DNA of 64,000 nucleotides, taken from Carcharhinus amblyrhynchos (lineage: Eukaryota). Position numbers and translations under genes: made by a program. The stretch is from assembly GCA_965287045.1 (NCBI GenBank), contig OZ336871.1, forward strand, positions 107,818,001-107,882,000, in the 5' to 3' direction. Below, in pieces: positions 38,351-52,999 of the stretch. How positions within the stretch are numbered: the stretch's first letter is position 1; the number at the start of each line of letters is the position of its first letter. The notes under the pieces are model-generated. The model did no database searches. It saw only the letters and a list, made by a program, of their open reading frames with translations, and was not told the DNA's origin.

Positions 38351-40276
38351 CTTCTGGGCATAAGGATTGCAGCTGGAATATAATGCAGACAAAGGACGTC
38401 ACAACAAACGGAGAAACGAGGATCACGCATAATGCGTGAATGGTGTTGAAAGTGCGAAAGACGAAGTGAACAGGGACCTGCAGGTCATAATTGTCTCGCC
38501 GTCCATACCTTAACTGTACACATCTGCAATCAGTAAAACAACTGGAGCATTCACTACACAGCCTAAAGAGTAAAAAAAAGTCAGAAGAAGTAACGATCAA
38601 AGCGTTTTTTGTTCAGAGTGCATCTTCCATTGTGTTGAGACACAAATACTGAAGCAATGAGGTAGTGCACAGATGAGCCATGAGATAGATTCCTGGCGTT
38701 AATGTTGTTCGGTGGGGGGAAACTTTGATGTTCTAGTTTATTAATGGTCATTGACATTAAATAAATATACTATGATATTTCACCCTGGGCGATAGTCCAG
38801 GATAATGGGATAGTTTGCTCGAGGGTTCAGCTGTTTTAAAACTTTTAGAAGAAGGCATCTATGGTGATTAAAAGAAGGTTTGCAAAATGGTAAATGGCAT
38901 GGTAAAATGTTAATCTGAAATGTCACTTTAAACTAAAGTGCGGTGGTGGTGGAGCAAGGGCTCTACACGAGTAAACGGCAACTTTAAGACGGAGTAATCA
39001 AACTGCCCAGGAGGGCGGCGAAGACAAAAATCCTAGATGCATTCCGAGGCATTTGGAAATGTTTCAAAAAAGGCGGACAAGTTGCTTCTGGGTGGATGAC
39101 GATCCATCATTGTTTCCTCATCCCTAATTTTGTCATGTCATCTGCACAATCATTTTCCCATGTTTAAGGTTGATAGGGTTTTGGACCAGTGAGTCTAGAA
39201 GCAAGAGACCTTTTTTTGAACATGGCAAAAAGCCGGTGATTTCACACAGTGGCCAAATACAGACTCTGATGGCTGGGAACCACTGGCTGTGATAAATTAC
39301 ATTGTTGTAATGGACCAAATTATAGGGCACTGACAGTTCGGCTGTTATTTTGGTTATTATTCACGCCAAATTTAGACCTGGTTTTGTGTGGGTCGCTATT
39401 CCATTTGGCGGGTCCCAGCCACTTTATTTCAATTTGTTTAGGTCTATTAATCGTAAAAAAAAATGCAGGCGCGTTAAATTGGGTCTTACTAAAACCCATC
39501 CGCCCTAGCTGGGATAGTAAGAAAAGGCTGGTAGTTCGATTTATCTTTTGTAACAAATTATTTGAAGTACAAAGGTGCTTCTTGATGACTGACAGAGGGT
39601 CAAGGGGATCGAACCATTGCTGGGGAACCGGTTCTTGAAGTCGGTCATCACCGTGTCACATTCCAGTCCTTACTAAGAAGCTGTGCAGATCTGTCTCCTC
39701 TAACCTACCATGTCCATTAGATCCACTTCTTCATCATCGTACCATGAAAATTCTGATCAAATAGGCTTCCGGTCAACGCCAGTGTAAAACCTGCCCGCTG
39801 TGTTGTAAGAAAGCAAACTGTGCGTCCATGGAAGTTTAAATGGAAGGCAGAGGTGCAGATTTAGAAATAAAACCTATTATAACAACACTGCACGGGTGTG
39901 TGCGTGTTGCTACCGGGAACCGTTTTCAACTCTGTTTAGCCTAAAGATAGAGGGAAATCGTTTCGATTCCCTGTGGTGGACTCCATCCGGACAACCTCCG
40001 CTGAGAGCAACTCCATCCGTTGTTAGGAAAGACGGGCAGATTGCAGTGTTCAGGGGGATGATGGTGGCGCTGGAATTATACAGTTCAACCTTCCTAATAC
40101 GGGTTGATACGGTGTTAAATTAGAGCCCCCGTTCCTTTTTGAAACACGCTGTTCAGCAAGTGGCAGAGTGTGTACAAACGAATATTAGACTTTTATGACC
40201 ATTGCATTTCACTGTCGAATCGCTGGTTTGGACCTGATTTTTTTTTCACATGTAACTCGTGTTTTTATTAAATCAG

Positions 40277-40417
40277 GACTATACTTGAGCAGGAAAAGCT
40301 GCTGGAATTTGCCAAACTGGGAAGTTATCTGGAGTATGATTTGTTCGGCACTGAAATGCTGAGTTATACATTTTGCCCCAGCGTGGACGTGCCCTGTGAC
40401 GTTGAACGGATCCGTCG
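40277..40417 (+). CDS. PTER: PTER coding exon 3 (aa 233-280); too short for the ORF track
   Basis: aatcag|G ACT ATA CTT...; encodes (R)[46 protein letters not shown](R); donor CG|gtaggt; 141 nt, phases match both neighbours. Confidence 0.95.
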
Positions 40418-41257
40418 GTAGGTAAATATTCAGAACACATTAAAGAAATAAACTTTAGTGAGTTAAATATATAACGATATAAAATTCTAAAGGTTTATTT
40501 GATTTTTTTCAAAACTTTTTCCTAACTCGAAAGCGGGAGCTTAATAAGTTCTTGAATCTTTTAAAGAAGGTCGATGTTTTTATACATGCAGGTAAGTTTT
40601 TTAACTGCCTGTCAATTCAATTCTGTTGCTGAGTCTTCTCCACGAAGTAAAATGCCATTCCTTATTTTGTGTTCTGACACTTAAATAATGGAATATAACG
40701 GCACCAATTCCAAACTGTGGCTGACGCGACATTGGAGCAAGTTCCTGCTGCGAAATACTGACATGTAGAAAACATTGAATAACACACTGACTATTTGTTG
40801 CAAAACAAACTCGGAATCTCCAGCACAGGCAGGGTGTTTCGGTAAATCAGCTGCATTTTGATATAGGGAACAAAGGTTCAATTCAACACTCGCCACATGC
40901 CAGCGTGTGGAATGGAGGAAGGTGTCACGTTTAAAATAAATGCATTCACTTTTCCTTTATTATGAAGCCATCACTGAGAGAACACCCACACTATAAGCAA
41001 AAGTTGTAATGAGTAAACTCGCATGGAAAGGTAACTCCTACGTCAAACAATACCTGTGAAACTGATCTACATTACGGTGGATGACATTTCGCATTCATTC
41101 CATCATTGCTAATTGTCTTTACTGCAACATGATACCATTGAAAGGAAAATTTATCTGAATATGTTAAACAGACTTCTGCGATATTTCATATTGCACTATC
41201 TCCAAAATAAGTCTCTTTTTACCAAAAACGGTGCACTAAAATGTTATTATTTTAGAA

Positions 41258-41668
41258 GAATTTAGAAGAATGAGGGGAGATCTCATTGAGACGTATAAGA
41301 TGATGAATGGGATGGATAGGATAGAGGTGGAGAGACTCTTCCCACTCAAAAAAGACAGTAGGACTAGGGGGCACAGCCTCAAGATAAAGGGGAGGCGGTT
41401 TAGAACGGAGTTGAGGAGGAACTTCTTCACTCAAAGGGTGGTGAATCTCTGGAATTCTCTGCCCGTTGAAGTGGTGGAGGCTGCCTCGCTAAATATTTTT
41501 AAGAAGCGGGTTGATGGGTTCTTGATAAGAGAGGGGATTAAGGGTTATGGGGAGAGGGCGGGAAAGTGGAACTGAGCCACGACAGATCAGCCATGATCTT
41601 ATTGAATGGCGGGGCAGGCTCGAGGGGCTAGATGGCCTACTCCTGCTCCTATTTCTTATGTTCTTATT
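41258..41668 (+). mobile_element. Young CR1 3' fragment
   Basis: Intact ORF end MRGDLIETYKMMNG...GERAGKWN, nearly identical to the copies at 53000 and 60700; (ttcttatg)n tail. Confidence 0.95.
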
Positions 41669-42623
41669 TTAATAATACCCGATTAATTTAGCACCACCGC
41701 GCAAATCTCCTAATCCAGCAAGAGATAAATCGTTCGGATGTTTCTTGTTTTGCTACAAGAGACTAGAGAACGAAGTAAAGCAACTTTAGAAGTCTAGGCA
41801 ATGGAGCTAATTGGAAGAGTCCGCCAACCTCACTTTATCCGTTGCTGAAACCCTGATTCCGCTCTCACTGTCAGTGCTAGACTTACGCTCCAGACTGACC
41901 ACCTGCAATCGATTTAATCGCATCCAAAACTCTGGCAGCAACCTATCCTAATTGACAACCAGTCTCATTCGCCCAATATTGACTCCAGGCTCCAGCCATG
42001 TTTTAATTTAAATTCCCACCCTTATTTTCTATACTTCGCCCTAAGTTGATCTTTCACCACACCCTAGCTATGACTGTAACGCTACATTCTGCACTCTCCT
42101 TTCTTTCTCTATGCCTGTATAGCGCGCAAGAAACAATACTTTTCAGTGTAAACCAATACATGTCACAATAATACATCAAATCAAAATAATCTCAAACCGT
42201 TCAAGATTATCCGCCCAATGTAATTCCGCATCCTCGATTTTAACCGGTGGTGGTGATACCTCCAACTGCCCAGGCCCTAAACTGTAGAATTTCTTCTCTA
42301 GACCTTTGTCTCTCTATTTCCTTTTGGGATACTTATTCAATCCTGTTTGTTTGACCAACTTTTTAAATGCCTGCTCTCATTTAGCCCTACGTGGCCAAAT
42401 GTTGTTTAATAATGTTCATGTGAAGTGCTTTAGGACGCTGTATATGTTAAAGGCAATACATCTGAAACATGCAAGTGTTTCGGAGTTCTTGCGCGGTGTA
42501 AGTTTTGTTTGGGAGTGACTGTGCCTGACCAGTTCCAGAAAGAAATGTGTCAAGTGGACTGCAGTTTGAATACTGACAAATGTTGTGGCTTGCATTGACC
42601 ACGGATGGATTTGTATTTTTCAG

Positions 42624-42834
42624 TATCCGTTTGCTGGTTGAAGAGGGCTATGGAGACAATGTGCTGATGGCCCAGGACATTCACACGAAGAACAGGTTAA
42701 CCAAGTACGGAGGGCACGGTTATTCCCACATTCTCACCAACATCGTCCCGCAGATGGAGCAGCGAGGCATCTCGAAGTCTGCTATCGACAAGATTTTAGT
42801 GGAAAATCCGAAGCGCTGGTTAACGTTCAAATAA
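42624..42834 (+). CDS. PTER: PTER coding exon 4 (aa 280-349 and stop)
   Basis: tttttcag|T ATC CGT; encodes [42 protein letters not shown]...[10 protein letters not shown]. The four exons sum to 432+266+141+211=1050 nt = 349 aa + stop; D298 present. Confidence 0.97.
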
Positions 42835-43445
42835 TTAAGTGACCACTAATCCGATTCTTTGAAAGTACGTTGCAGTTGATTTGAAACATTATGATTAGAG
42901 TTGATTCCCTACAAAAGTTGTGATTCATAATGCACAAAGAAGATGAATCTTAACCTGTATTAGATCGGGGTGGGGGGAGCGATTAACTTGTAACATCCAT
43001 GTGATGAGTGCTTGTTTGGCCATGTCTCTTTATTGTTGAGTTGCAGATAAGGAAACGCCGAGCAAAGTTAACGAGACGGATCATACGATCTGTTGTGGCA
43101 TTTACTGCGATAGGAAGGAACTTAAAGCAATTAAGCAACCCACTTGGGGCTAATTTAACCCGGGCGATAATTTCGCGATTTGTTGCCCAGTCTTAAGATT
43201 GCTGCTGTGGATCAGGCAGGCGTCAACCATGTGTGAAGGATGTGAGTGTGTGTCAGATTTCTGTCTACATAACATTAAGAGCAGTCCTCCAACGTTATTG
43301 GTTGGCTGCAAAGGGTCGGCCCGAGAACCTGACTGGTGTTTAATAATGTATGTCCATTGTGTGATGGAGTCTTTTGTTTCCAATCGATAACTTTCATATT
43401 TAAATATTAACACCATGCGAACGGCGCGAAGAGCACCCGAATCCT

Positions 43446-43702
43446 AATAAACAATGCATTTGTACTGAAGATCCGCCTGGTTGTATCAATGCCTTCACTG
43501 GAAAAGAGGCGAGGACACGGAAGTGTTGTTTAAGATTATTTTACCTACTTTGAAAATTGTGAGATTTTTCTGCCCTTAACGTACGCCCCCCCCCCCCCAC
43601 CCCAGTATAAGATGCTATTTCCCTCTCCCATCTGGAGTTTACATATTACAGCAAAGCCACTTTCCCGTCAAATTAAAGATAACGCGCGAATTTTAAAATA
43701 AA
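43446..43702 (+). terminator. Candidate PTER poly(A) signals (AATAAA at 43446-43451 and 43697-43702)
   Basis: Canonical hexamers downstream of the PTER stop; the distal one is followed by a GT/T-rich stretch (ggtgttttatttctgcttttt). Confidence 0.55.
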
Positions 43703-43725
43703 TCAGACCAGACATTCGATGGTGT

Positions 43726-43744
43726 TTTATTTCTGCTTTTTAAT
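43726..43744 (-). terminator. Candidate C1QL3 poly(A) signals (ATTAAA, then AATAAA at 43731-43726)
   Basis: tttatt and tttaat on the + strand, about 1.3 kb past the C1QL3 stop. Another minus-strand AATAAA lies near 44273-44278. Confidence 0.55.
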
Positions 43745-45022
43745 GAACAGCAACATTGTATTACAGTAATCTGGGCCCCAAAACAGTAACTTAAGTGATT
43801 GTAATAAGTCGCGAAAAATTAAAATCTAAATTGGGGAGAAAGCAAATGCCCGCTTTTGGACCAAACTCGAGTCTATTCCCAAGCTAAGTTTGGGTGGGGA
43901 GGGAGGGGTGGGGTGGTGGGGTTCAGTTAGTTAGTTGTCGAGGTAATTAAGTGCAAAATATTTTTTTTACTGAATTTAATATTGAGACCTAAAGTTGGAA
44001 GCACTTTTTAACTGTCCTGACATCACATGGACACTAGATCATCAGTTGCTGTGAAGAAATTACTCAGCAGACAGTTAGAATATATTTTCTTAAATCATGG
44101 GATCCAGCAAGATTGAATGGTTTGAACCATAACATCATAATAGGACCTTTTATAGTTAAGTTGCAAGTCAAAATCTGAGCAACTGAATCAATTGTAAATA
44201 AGCTAATGCTATTGTGATTCATAGGTATTGCACAAAAATATTGAATACTTTAACACTTATATGATCAAAAGATTTATTTTAAAAATCTATGGCATCTTAT
44301 TGCATATACATAGATATATCGAACTTGAAATTCATGCCACAGCGATTAGAAAGCTGCACAGTATCTATATTGCACGCACGTTATTTCTTTATATTAATTT
44401 GTGATTGTTAAATGAATGACTCTAACAGAAGGCAAACACTGACCTTATTTAAAAAACAGCAGCATACTCATTTAACAATGCAACTAGGATAGTTGTTAGA
44501 AAATCGTCGCTCACCATAGCGGGGCAATGTGGAATTCCAAGCAGAGGAAGGGCTAGTCACGACAACCGAATGGGTGCTGCATGGAAAAAGCGGTGAGTTC
44601 AACATGTCAAAGCATCAGAGAATGAGGAACAGTCGGGAGTCTTTGTTTTTTTTTAATTCCCCCCGACGCACGATCTTGAGGTTTTATAAACTGACCACTG
44701 GGCTCAGTACTGGACAGAATTCCTCTCACAAACACAATGCTAACACTGAGAAATTGCTTTGGATGGACTAACCCAAACTGAGCCAATTTACATGGACATG
44801 GTCTTTTCGAAGTGTATGCGGACATGTTTCAAATAGCATTTTTTTTAAGAAGAAAGGGGGAAAAAACAACGGCTGGTTGTATCCAGAAGTACGGAGCACA
44901 TCTGGCGACCGTCCATTTGGTTTCTGCAGTGATCTTGTTGTCAGGCCACGGGAATCACACTCTCAGTCCTTCACACAGGAGGTGATTTGATTTGGTTGTT
45001 TCTTTATTTGTTCACTCTTCCC

Positions 45023-45301
<279 letters not shown>

Positions 45302-45392
45302 TTAGCCTTTCCTAGTTGGATATCTTTATTTATGCCTACCTGCACGCTCTGTGTCACTTGGTTAGAGGGATTAATAAGATTCACCCATATAT

Positions 45393-45640
45393 AGGAACAT
45401 AGGAATTAGGAGCAGAAGTAGGCAAATTCAGCCCTTCAAGCCTCAATCAGATCATAGCTGAACTCTCCTTGCCCTCAATCCCATCTCCCCACTTGTTCCC
45501 CGTATCCCTTTAACTCTTTTTTTTCAATCAGAAATACATGTATCTCCTTCTTGAAACCATTTGATGATTCAGATTCCAGCGCGCATTGGGGCAGCAAGTT
45601 CCACAAATTCACCATCCTCTGCCAGAAGTAGTTCCTCCTC
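45393..45640 (-). mobile_element. CR1 3' fragment in the C1QL3 intron
   Basis: aggaacataggaattaggagcagaagtaggc tail. Confidence 0.75.
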
Positions 45641-45955
45641 AACTTCCCCCTTCTCCCACTTTAATCTCAAAACAACCGTTTTTACGTGCCCATTCTCACA
45701 AAGTTGACTTGCATTCCTCTCTGACTAACGACAGTGATAGATTTCACCATCCTGGCAATCGCTTGGTTCTGAAAAAATAGTGTTACTTATAGACACAGCC
45801 GAACACATCTTGTAGGCTAAACCTTTCCTGGGAGTCCTGATCCAACGGGGAAATCAAGGCGGGAATCATCAGCTTCATTCATTGGGAAGTGCGGCAAATT
45901 CATCAACAAATTAGGAATTCTCTGGCCCTGGCTTATCTGCACACACCTACCTTGC

Positions 45956-47005
<1,050 letters not shown>

Positions 47006-49191
47006 TCACACCGCCTGCAATTTAAGAGAGAGGGCACGGTCTTGCAAGAAGCTTCTTCTCACGCCTCCAGCCACTTTCCACCTGTCCCGATCCTATATTC
47101 ACGTGTGAGCAGAAGAACAAATCATCTCAGAGCACACAAGCCAAAAAAAAAACCGGGTTTCCCTCTGTCCTTATCGAGTTAGTGGCGATCGACTCCCTCT
47201 CTCACACAACAACAAAAAAATGTGACTTGTCCGGCTCGCCACTCGATCACAGGGAGCCGCCGAGGATCACAGAAAGTGGCACACGTTAAGGCAACCTGTT
47301 ACGCCCACCCCCTGCCACAGACTGATCAGAAACAGTCACTGAAACTTCCTTCTCTCGCTGCACCCCCTCCCAAAATCACAGTGATGGGAACAGCTCCGAA
47401 TCAGCTCCACAACACACGTAAACACACACAGTCCGAAAGAGAGCGAGACTGAAAGCACTGCCTGTCGACTCACTCTCCAAGCCGCGAACTGAATAGAAGG
47501 TAAACTGCAGCCTCCCAACGGGGGGGAAAGCTCATTTGAAAGTCTAATTGGCAACAGACAGAAGCAGCACCCCTGCCAGTGGCAGTGTCTATGTGTATAT
47601 ATAAATATATATATATAAAATACCTGCCAAATCGCTGATGCATATGAGTTAGTCTAGCATTGTCGAGTGAGTGTCGTACACTGTTTACCGGAATATTTAA
47701 CATTATCGACATGCAAGAGTGAGTACTTTACCGGCACTATCTTCCCTTTTCCTTTTTACCTGATCTGCTCAGATCATATACCGTGACACCAGAGAACAAA
47801 GCGAAATCGATCGTTCATCCTTAATATAAATGTCAGTTCCTCTGTTTACAGACACTGGACTGAGTGAGCTTGCAAGCTGCCCAGTTTCCGCATGTAGCAG
47901 GGACACAGGCAAGTGTTTGATATTACTGCACATTCGTCAGCCCTGAGCTGACCAGCACTGATAAGGATACTTGGCGGGTTTTTTTTTAATGTCAAGTTGC
48001 GAATATACTGCATGTTTATTTCCTGAAACATGCGAAACGACACCTAAAATGTGTCAAATCTCAATTAAGAGCAACTTCCTCATTCGAAACGGACAGGTTG
48101 TACTGAGGGTTGAATCTGTTAAAAGAGCAGATGAACAGAGGAAGTATCTCATTCCAGCTTTTATACGGGAAGGTGGTAGTTGCAGAATTTTACCAAAGTT
48201 CAGCATCTGACATTTAACTATTCTTTGTGGATCAGATTTGTTCATTTTTTTTTCAAGTCAACAGATAAATAAGAAAAGGTGTAAAAATATCTGTTCCCTT
48301 TTCGTCTCTCATATGAGCATGATGCAGGGATTTTGATCTTCACACCTTACCTTGTAATTGTCAGCAGTGGCAGAGGACAACTGCTTTCTTTCACATGTTT
48401 GATTTAACACAGACCTCACGCCACCTTAGAATTCAGTGTCCAACCCTTCCAGCGCCGCCTTCTAACCAGCGCACTTTAACATCTCCGGGCCGGGAGACAC
48501 CAGTCACAAAGATCAGTTTCATATTGGGACAGTGGTTGGGGAAAATGATGCGGAATAGCATTCTGTCCTTTGGTTTCGCCCCGCGGTTTAACGCAGGTGG
48601 GCTGAAGTAATTAAATAATAGACTGGAAACATCCAGTCTTTTTTCCCTCGAACAACTGGCTAACAGCTGGCTAACAACTCTGACAGAGCGGCTACCATCG
48701 TGTTGCCCCCTTGCTCAGTAAGTATTCAATTACATAAAAGTCAAAGCACGAAATCAGAGCATTGAGGACTTGAACAGTCTCTGTGAATCTACCCTCCACT
48801 GGGGGGGGGGGGGGCTAGTCTTAATCGCATTTACTCATCCTATTCCCACACCCCTTTCCTATACCCCTCCTGTCCCTATAGTTTATTCAATCTCATCTGG
48901 CAAGTTGACATCTTCTTTGCATCAACAACCAACTCTGGAAGCCAATTCCACAGCCTGACAACTTTATCTGGAAACAGTCCCTGTTGCTAACTTGTCTAGG
49001 GGATATCCATAGGGGATAGGGCCTGGGTGCAATTGTTATCGGTGCAAGCTCGATGGGCCGAATGACCTCTTTCGGCACTGTAGGGATTCTATAATTGTAT
49101 AATAATAAATAACTCCTGTTTAAATGTTTGACTTTAATTTTCCTCTCTTTTGGCAATTTTTCTCACCACTACGCCCTCCTCTCCCCCAGTG

Positions 49192-49520
49192 CTTTTGTGC
49201 TGGCTTTGATGTAATTAAATGCTTCCAACCAGATGGCACTGCTTTCCTCTGGTTGTAGAGCTTTCCATGATGAATACCTGGGCTAAGGTATATTATATGT
49301 GAGCTTTGCGCTGACTTTGATGCGATTAAATGCTTCCAACCAGAAGGCACTGCCTTCCTCTGGTTGTAGAGCTTTCCATGATGAATACCTGGGCTAAGGT
49401 ATATTATATGTGAGCTTTGCGCTGACTTTGATGCAATTAAATGCTTCCAACCAGAAGACACTGGCTTCCCCTGGTTATAGAGCTTTCCAAGGTGGATGCT
49501 TGACAAGGTATATTGTACGT
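49192..49520. repeat. 111-bp tandem repeat, about 3 copies
   Basis: gcttccaacc recurs at 49221, 49332 and 49443; copies 1 and 2 are almost identical. Confidence 0.95.
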
Positions 49521-51099
49521 TCGTCAACTGAAGACAAGGTCAAGTTTGTTCTCAATTCAGTTGCACACACAGTCAACATACAAATGGACAGATACAAACA
49601 CTTCCAGCAGGGGCTGCTGGTTATCGAGTGGGAAACCTGAAGATTCTCACTGACACTTGCTCTTCATTTACTGATCGGCAAAATACATTTTGCATCGTCA
49701 TTATAAGTCGCATTAAATTTCGAGAAGTTTCTGCAAATGCGATTCTTGAGCATACTGTGCCTAATTGCATGGATCAAATGGTTGAAAATTTTAATTTTCA
49801 TATTTAAAGATGTCCTGGATTTTATCCAGGACCTCATCGACTGCTTCCAGACTTAGAAGCAACCCCACTTGTGGAACCCCGGGCCACATTTTTCGGAAGT
49901 CTGATTAAAAAAATTAGTTTCCATCAGAGCTCCTTTCAAGGACAGACGGCCGGATCAGGGGAATGCCAGCCAGTTGAAGGGCAGACAGCTGTGTAGGCTC
50001 AGCAGCGCCACCGGATACGTTGGCCACTGCTGGGAATGTGCCTGAAAGAGAAGACCCCATGGAAACAAGATTCCTTCCCAATAAGTGGGGTATCACAGCC
50101 AGTCATGTTGGCCTGTGTAGGTGGATGGATGGAAGGTTTGGTGAGGGTAGAGGGTATTGCTGCAGAGACGAGTAAGAGTATGCCACTAGGAGGCTACAGT
50201 CTTACCAGGCTGCCTACCTGGTGGGTGGACCCACTCAGTGGAGGGTCTATTCAAGACTACTAAAATGTCAAGGCAGCGACATAAGTCTTCAATGGTCACT
50301 TAAATTGCCCCAGTTACTTCTGGACAGGAGAGCCATCCACCAACTTCTGATGAAATGGTACAGGGGACAACAAGCAATCCAACCCTTGGCCACCTTCCCT
50401 CACCATTTTTCCAGTGTCCTACCTCCCAACCCATCCCCAGATGGCTGGTAAATCAATTCTTGGGGTGAGTTCAGCACTTCTCTCCAGTCCTAATTGTTCA
50501 TGCAATTTCTCTTTGTTTATGATAGGTTAATGGGATTGGCAGAAAATTTGAGTCTAAATAGGCATGGGCAAAATGTGTGCATGTTTGGACGTAATCCAGG
50601 TATAACTTCCCAATTGCACACTCACAAGGAATTCTAGTCTTTGATTGCTTACTTTCCTCCATGTATTCACAGGAAGACACAAGCATGCTTTCCCAGTCAG
50701 AGATATCCCAATCTAAATTCAGTGTTTTGATACAAGTGAAGTGAATGCCCTTGATGGGCTAAAGGAATCCAAAAGCCGATACGTCCTCAGGGACAGAAGT
50801 TGTTTCTCCCAGCTTGCTGAAGACTACAAAGGAGTTTTGTGTGCATTTATAATCACCACGGGGGAGACTATAGACGCTGATGGAAAAAAAGATCAAGGCA
50901 GTACCTATATTCAAAAGGACAAGAAGGTAAAAGTAACTATATATCCAGTACTCTTTCCCTTGTAAAATAATTGAATCATTTATCACTTGTATATTTGAAA
51001 TGTACCTATACAGTAAAAACTTAGTTATCAACAGTGAACAGAACTTTTGAAGAAGATATTGAGTATGGTTAATAACTTGGCTTCAGGTTAGAAAACAAT

Positions 51100-51810
51100 A
51101 AGCACTTATTAATTGAGGTAGTCTGGGTTGGGGCAATGAGTGGGTTGGTAGGGAGCAAAGAGTTTGGGAGGGGCATGGACAATAGTAGTGGGAAGGTTTA
51201 CTCAGGGGATCACTTCAGGGATTGGTATTGGGATTCTTATTGTTCATAATTTCTATCAATGTCAGGGCATTGGTGAGATCATGTCGCTTGTTTAAAAAAG
51301 GATGTAAATTCAATGGAGGCTAATCAAAGGAAGTTTACCAGATTGATGACGGGAATGAGTGGGCTGTCTTATGAGGATAGTTTGGCTAGACTGGGCTTGT
51401 TTCCACTAAAGTTTAGCAAAGTGAGGAGTGAATTATATTGACTGACTCATAGAAGGTCCTGAATGGTCTTGAGAAGATGGACAGATGTTTCCTCTGGTGG
51501 GTGAGTCCAAACTTCAGGGACACTGTTTTAAAATTAGAGTTTGCCCTTTTAGGGCAGATATGAGGCAAAAATGTTTCTCTCAGAGGGTTATGTAACTTTG
51601 GAACTCTGCCTTAGAAAGTCAGGGAGGCAGGGTCATTGAATATTTTAAGGTATAATTAAAAAGATTCTTGTCAGCGAGGGAATCAAAAGTTATCAAGAGT
51701 AGATGGGAATGTGGAATTCAAAATGCAAACACATCCATTATTACCTTGAATGATGGAGCAAGCTAGAACTGAATGGCCTACCTCTGTTCTTATTTCTAAT
51801 ATTCATGTAC
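51100..51810 (+). mobile_element. Old CR1 RT/3' fragment
   Basis: gggctgtcttatgaggatag...gaatggcctacctctgttcttatttct. Confidence 0.75.
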
Positions 51811-52999
51811 CTTAGACTTAGAAATCTGAGGCACACTGGTTAAACTTCTGAGCCCAAACCACAAGTTGCATGGAATTGGAGGAGGATTGTCAGCAACAGC
51901 CTAACAAGTTGAGCAAAACATTTCAGTGGACAGAATTATAGATGGTGAAATGTCACACAGAGAAATGAAAAGTACTGCACAGAGGGAGGAGAATTGAAAA
52001 TATGCTTACTCTATGAACTATGTTGAAATAGCCAAGGATATAATTGAAAAATTCCAAAGCATCTTAAGAGATTGATGCTCGACATGCCAAATTAAGGAAG
52101 TGCAGCAATAAACAAAGCCAACAGAACACTGAACTGCAAAAAAGAAACAATCCAATACAAGACAGAAAAAGTCATAATCTTCTCTGGTCAAGTTATGCTT
52201 GGCTATTATATGCAGTTCTAGTCATTGAGTCCCAAAAAAGTAATGGAAGCATTGCAAAGGACAGTGACAAAATTGATCCCCAATGTTTGAGATTTAGGTT
52301 ATGAAGAAAGGTTAGAGAAACTTGTAAAATGGAACGAAAACTAAATTCCGTAGCTGATGTGCCACTAATCAGATTGATAAAAACCAAAACTCTTGCCAAG
52401 GTAATAGCAAAAATATATCCTTTCAATGCAAGTTGTGTTAATTTTTTTCTAAGTATGTCTCTAGAACGGAGACAATATACTGAGGTAGATGTAACTATAT
52501 TGTTGCATCAGCATAATTGGATTTTAATAAGATGAATGATGTTTTTGATGAATTGTCTCTAAAAAGATTCAATAGATTGAGTTCTGCATTGGCATAGCAG
52601 TCATTGCATTATGAATATGGAAGTATCATATCAATACCTTTTGAAATAAAGCACATAGCCTAACGCAAGCTACTAATTACATTTCTGCCCACGTATGACC
52701 AGAAAGCTTATGGCCAAGGTTTTGGAATTCTATTTTAAAATGCCCAATATTTGATGCTTTGGGAAAATCAAAGGCAAGCCCAGAACACCACTTGTTAAAA
52801 TGGGTTTATATAGCTATGTCTCTTTTCATTCTATCATAAGATGTGGGCATTGCTACAAAGGCCAGCATTTATTGTCCCTCCCTAATCGCCCTTGAGAAGG
52901 AAGAATTAATGTGATTTTCATAAATTAGACTGCCAAGGATCTTTTTACACTCTTGCTGGAGATGCTGAACAATTGCTCTTCATTACTATTTAGAATAGA

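Noticed and set aside
43891-43921. G-rich run with G-quadruplex potential
   Set aside because: Lies beyond the PTER poly(A) signals and is C-rich in C1QL3 mRNA; such runs are common and there is no further support.
49192-49520. CRISPR-like array, C/D snoRNA (ATGATGA...CTGA) or hammerhead in the 111-bp repeat
   Set aside because: No unique spacers and a eukaryotic context; no terminal stem or host intron for a snoRNA; no GAAA box after the stem for a hammerhead.
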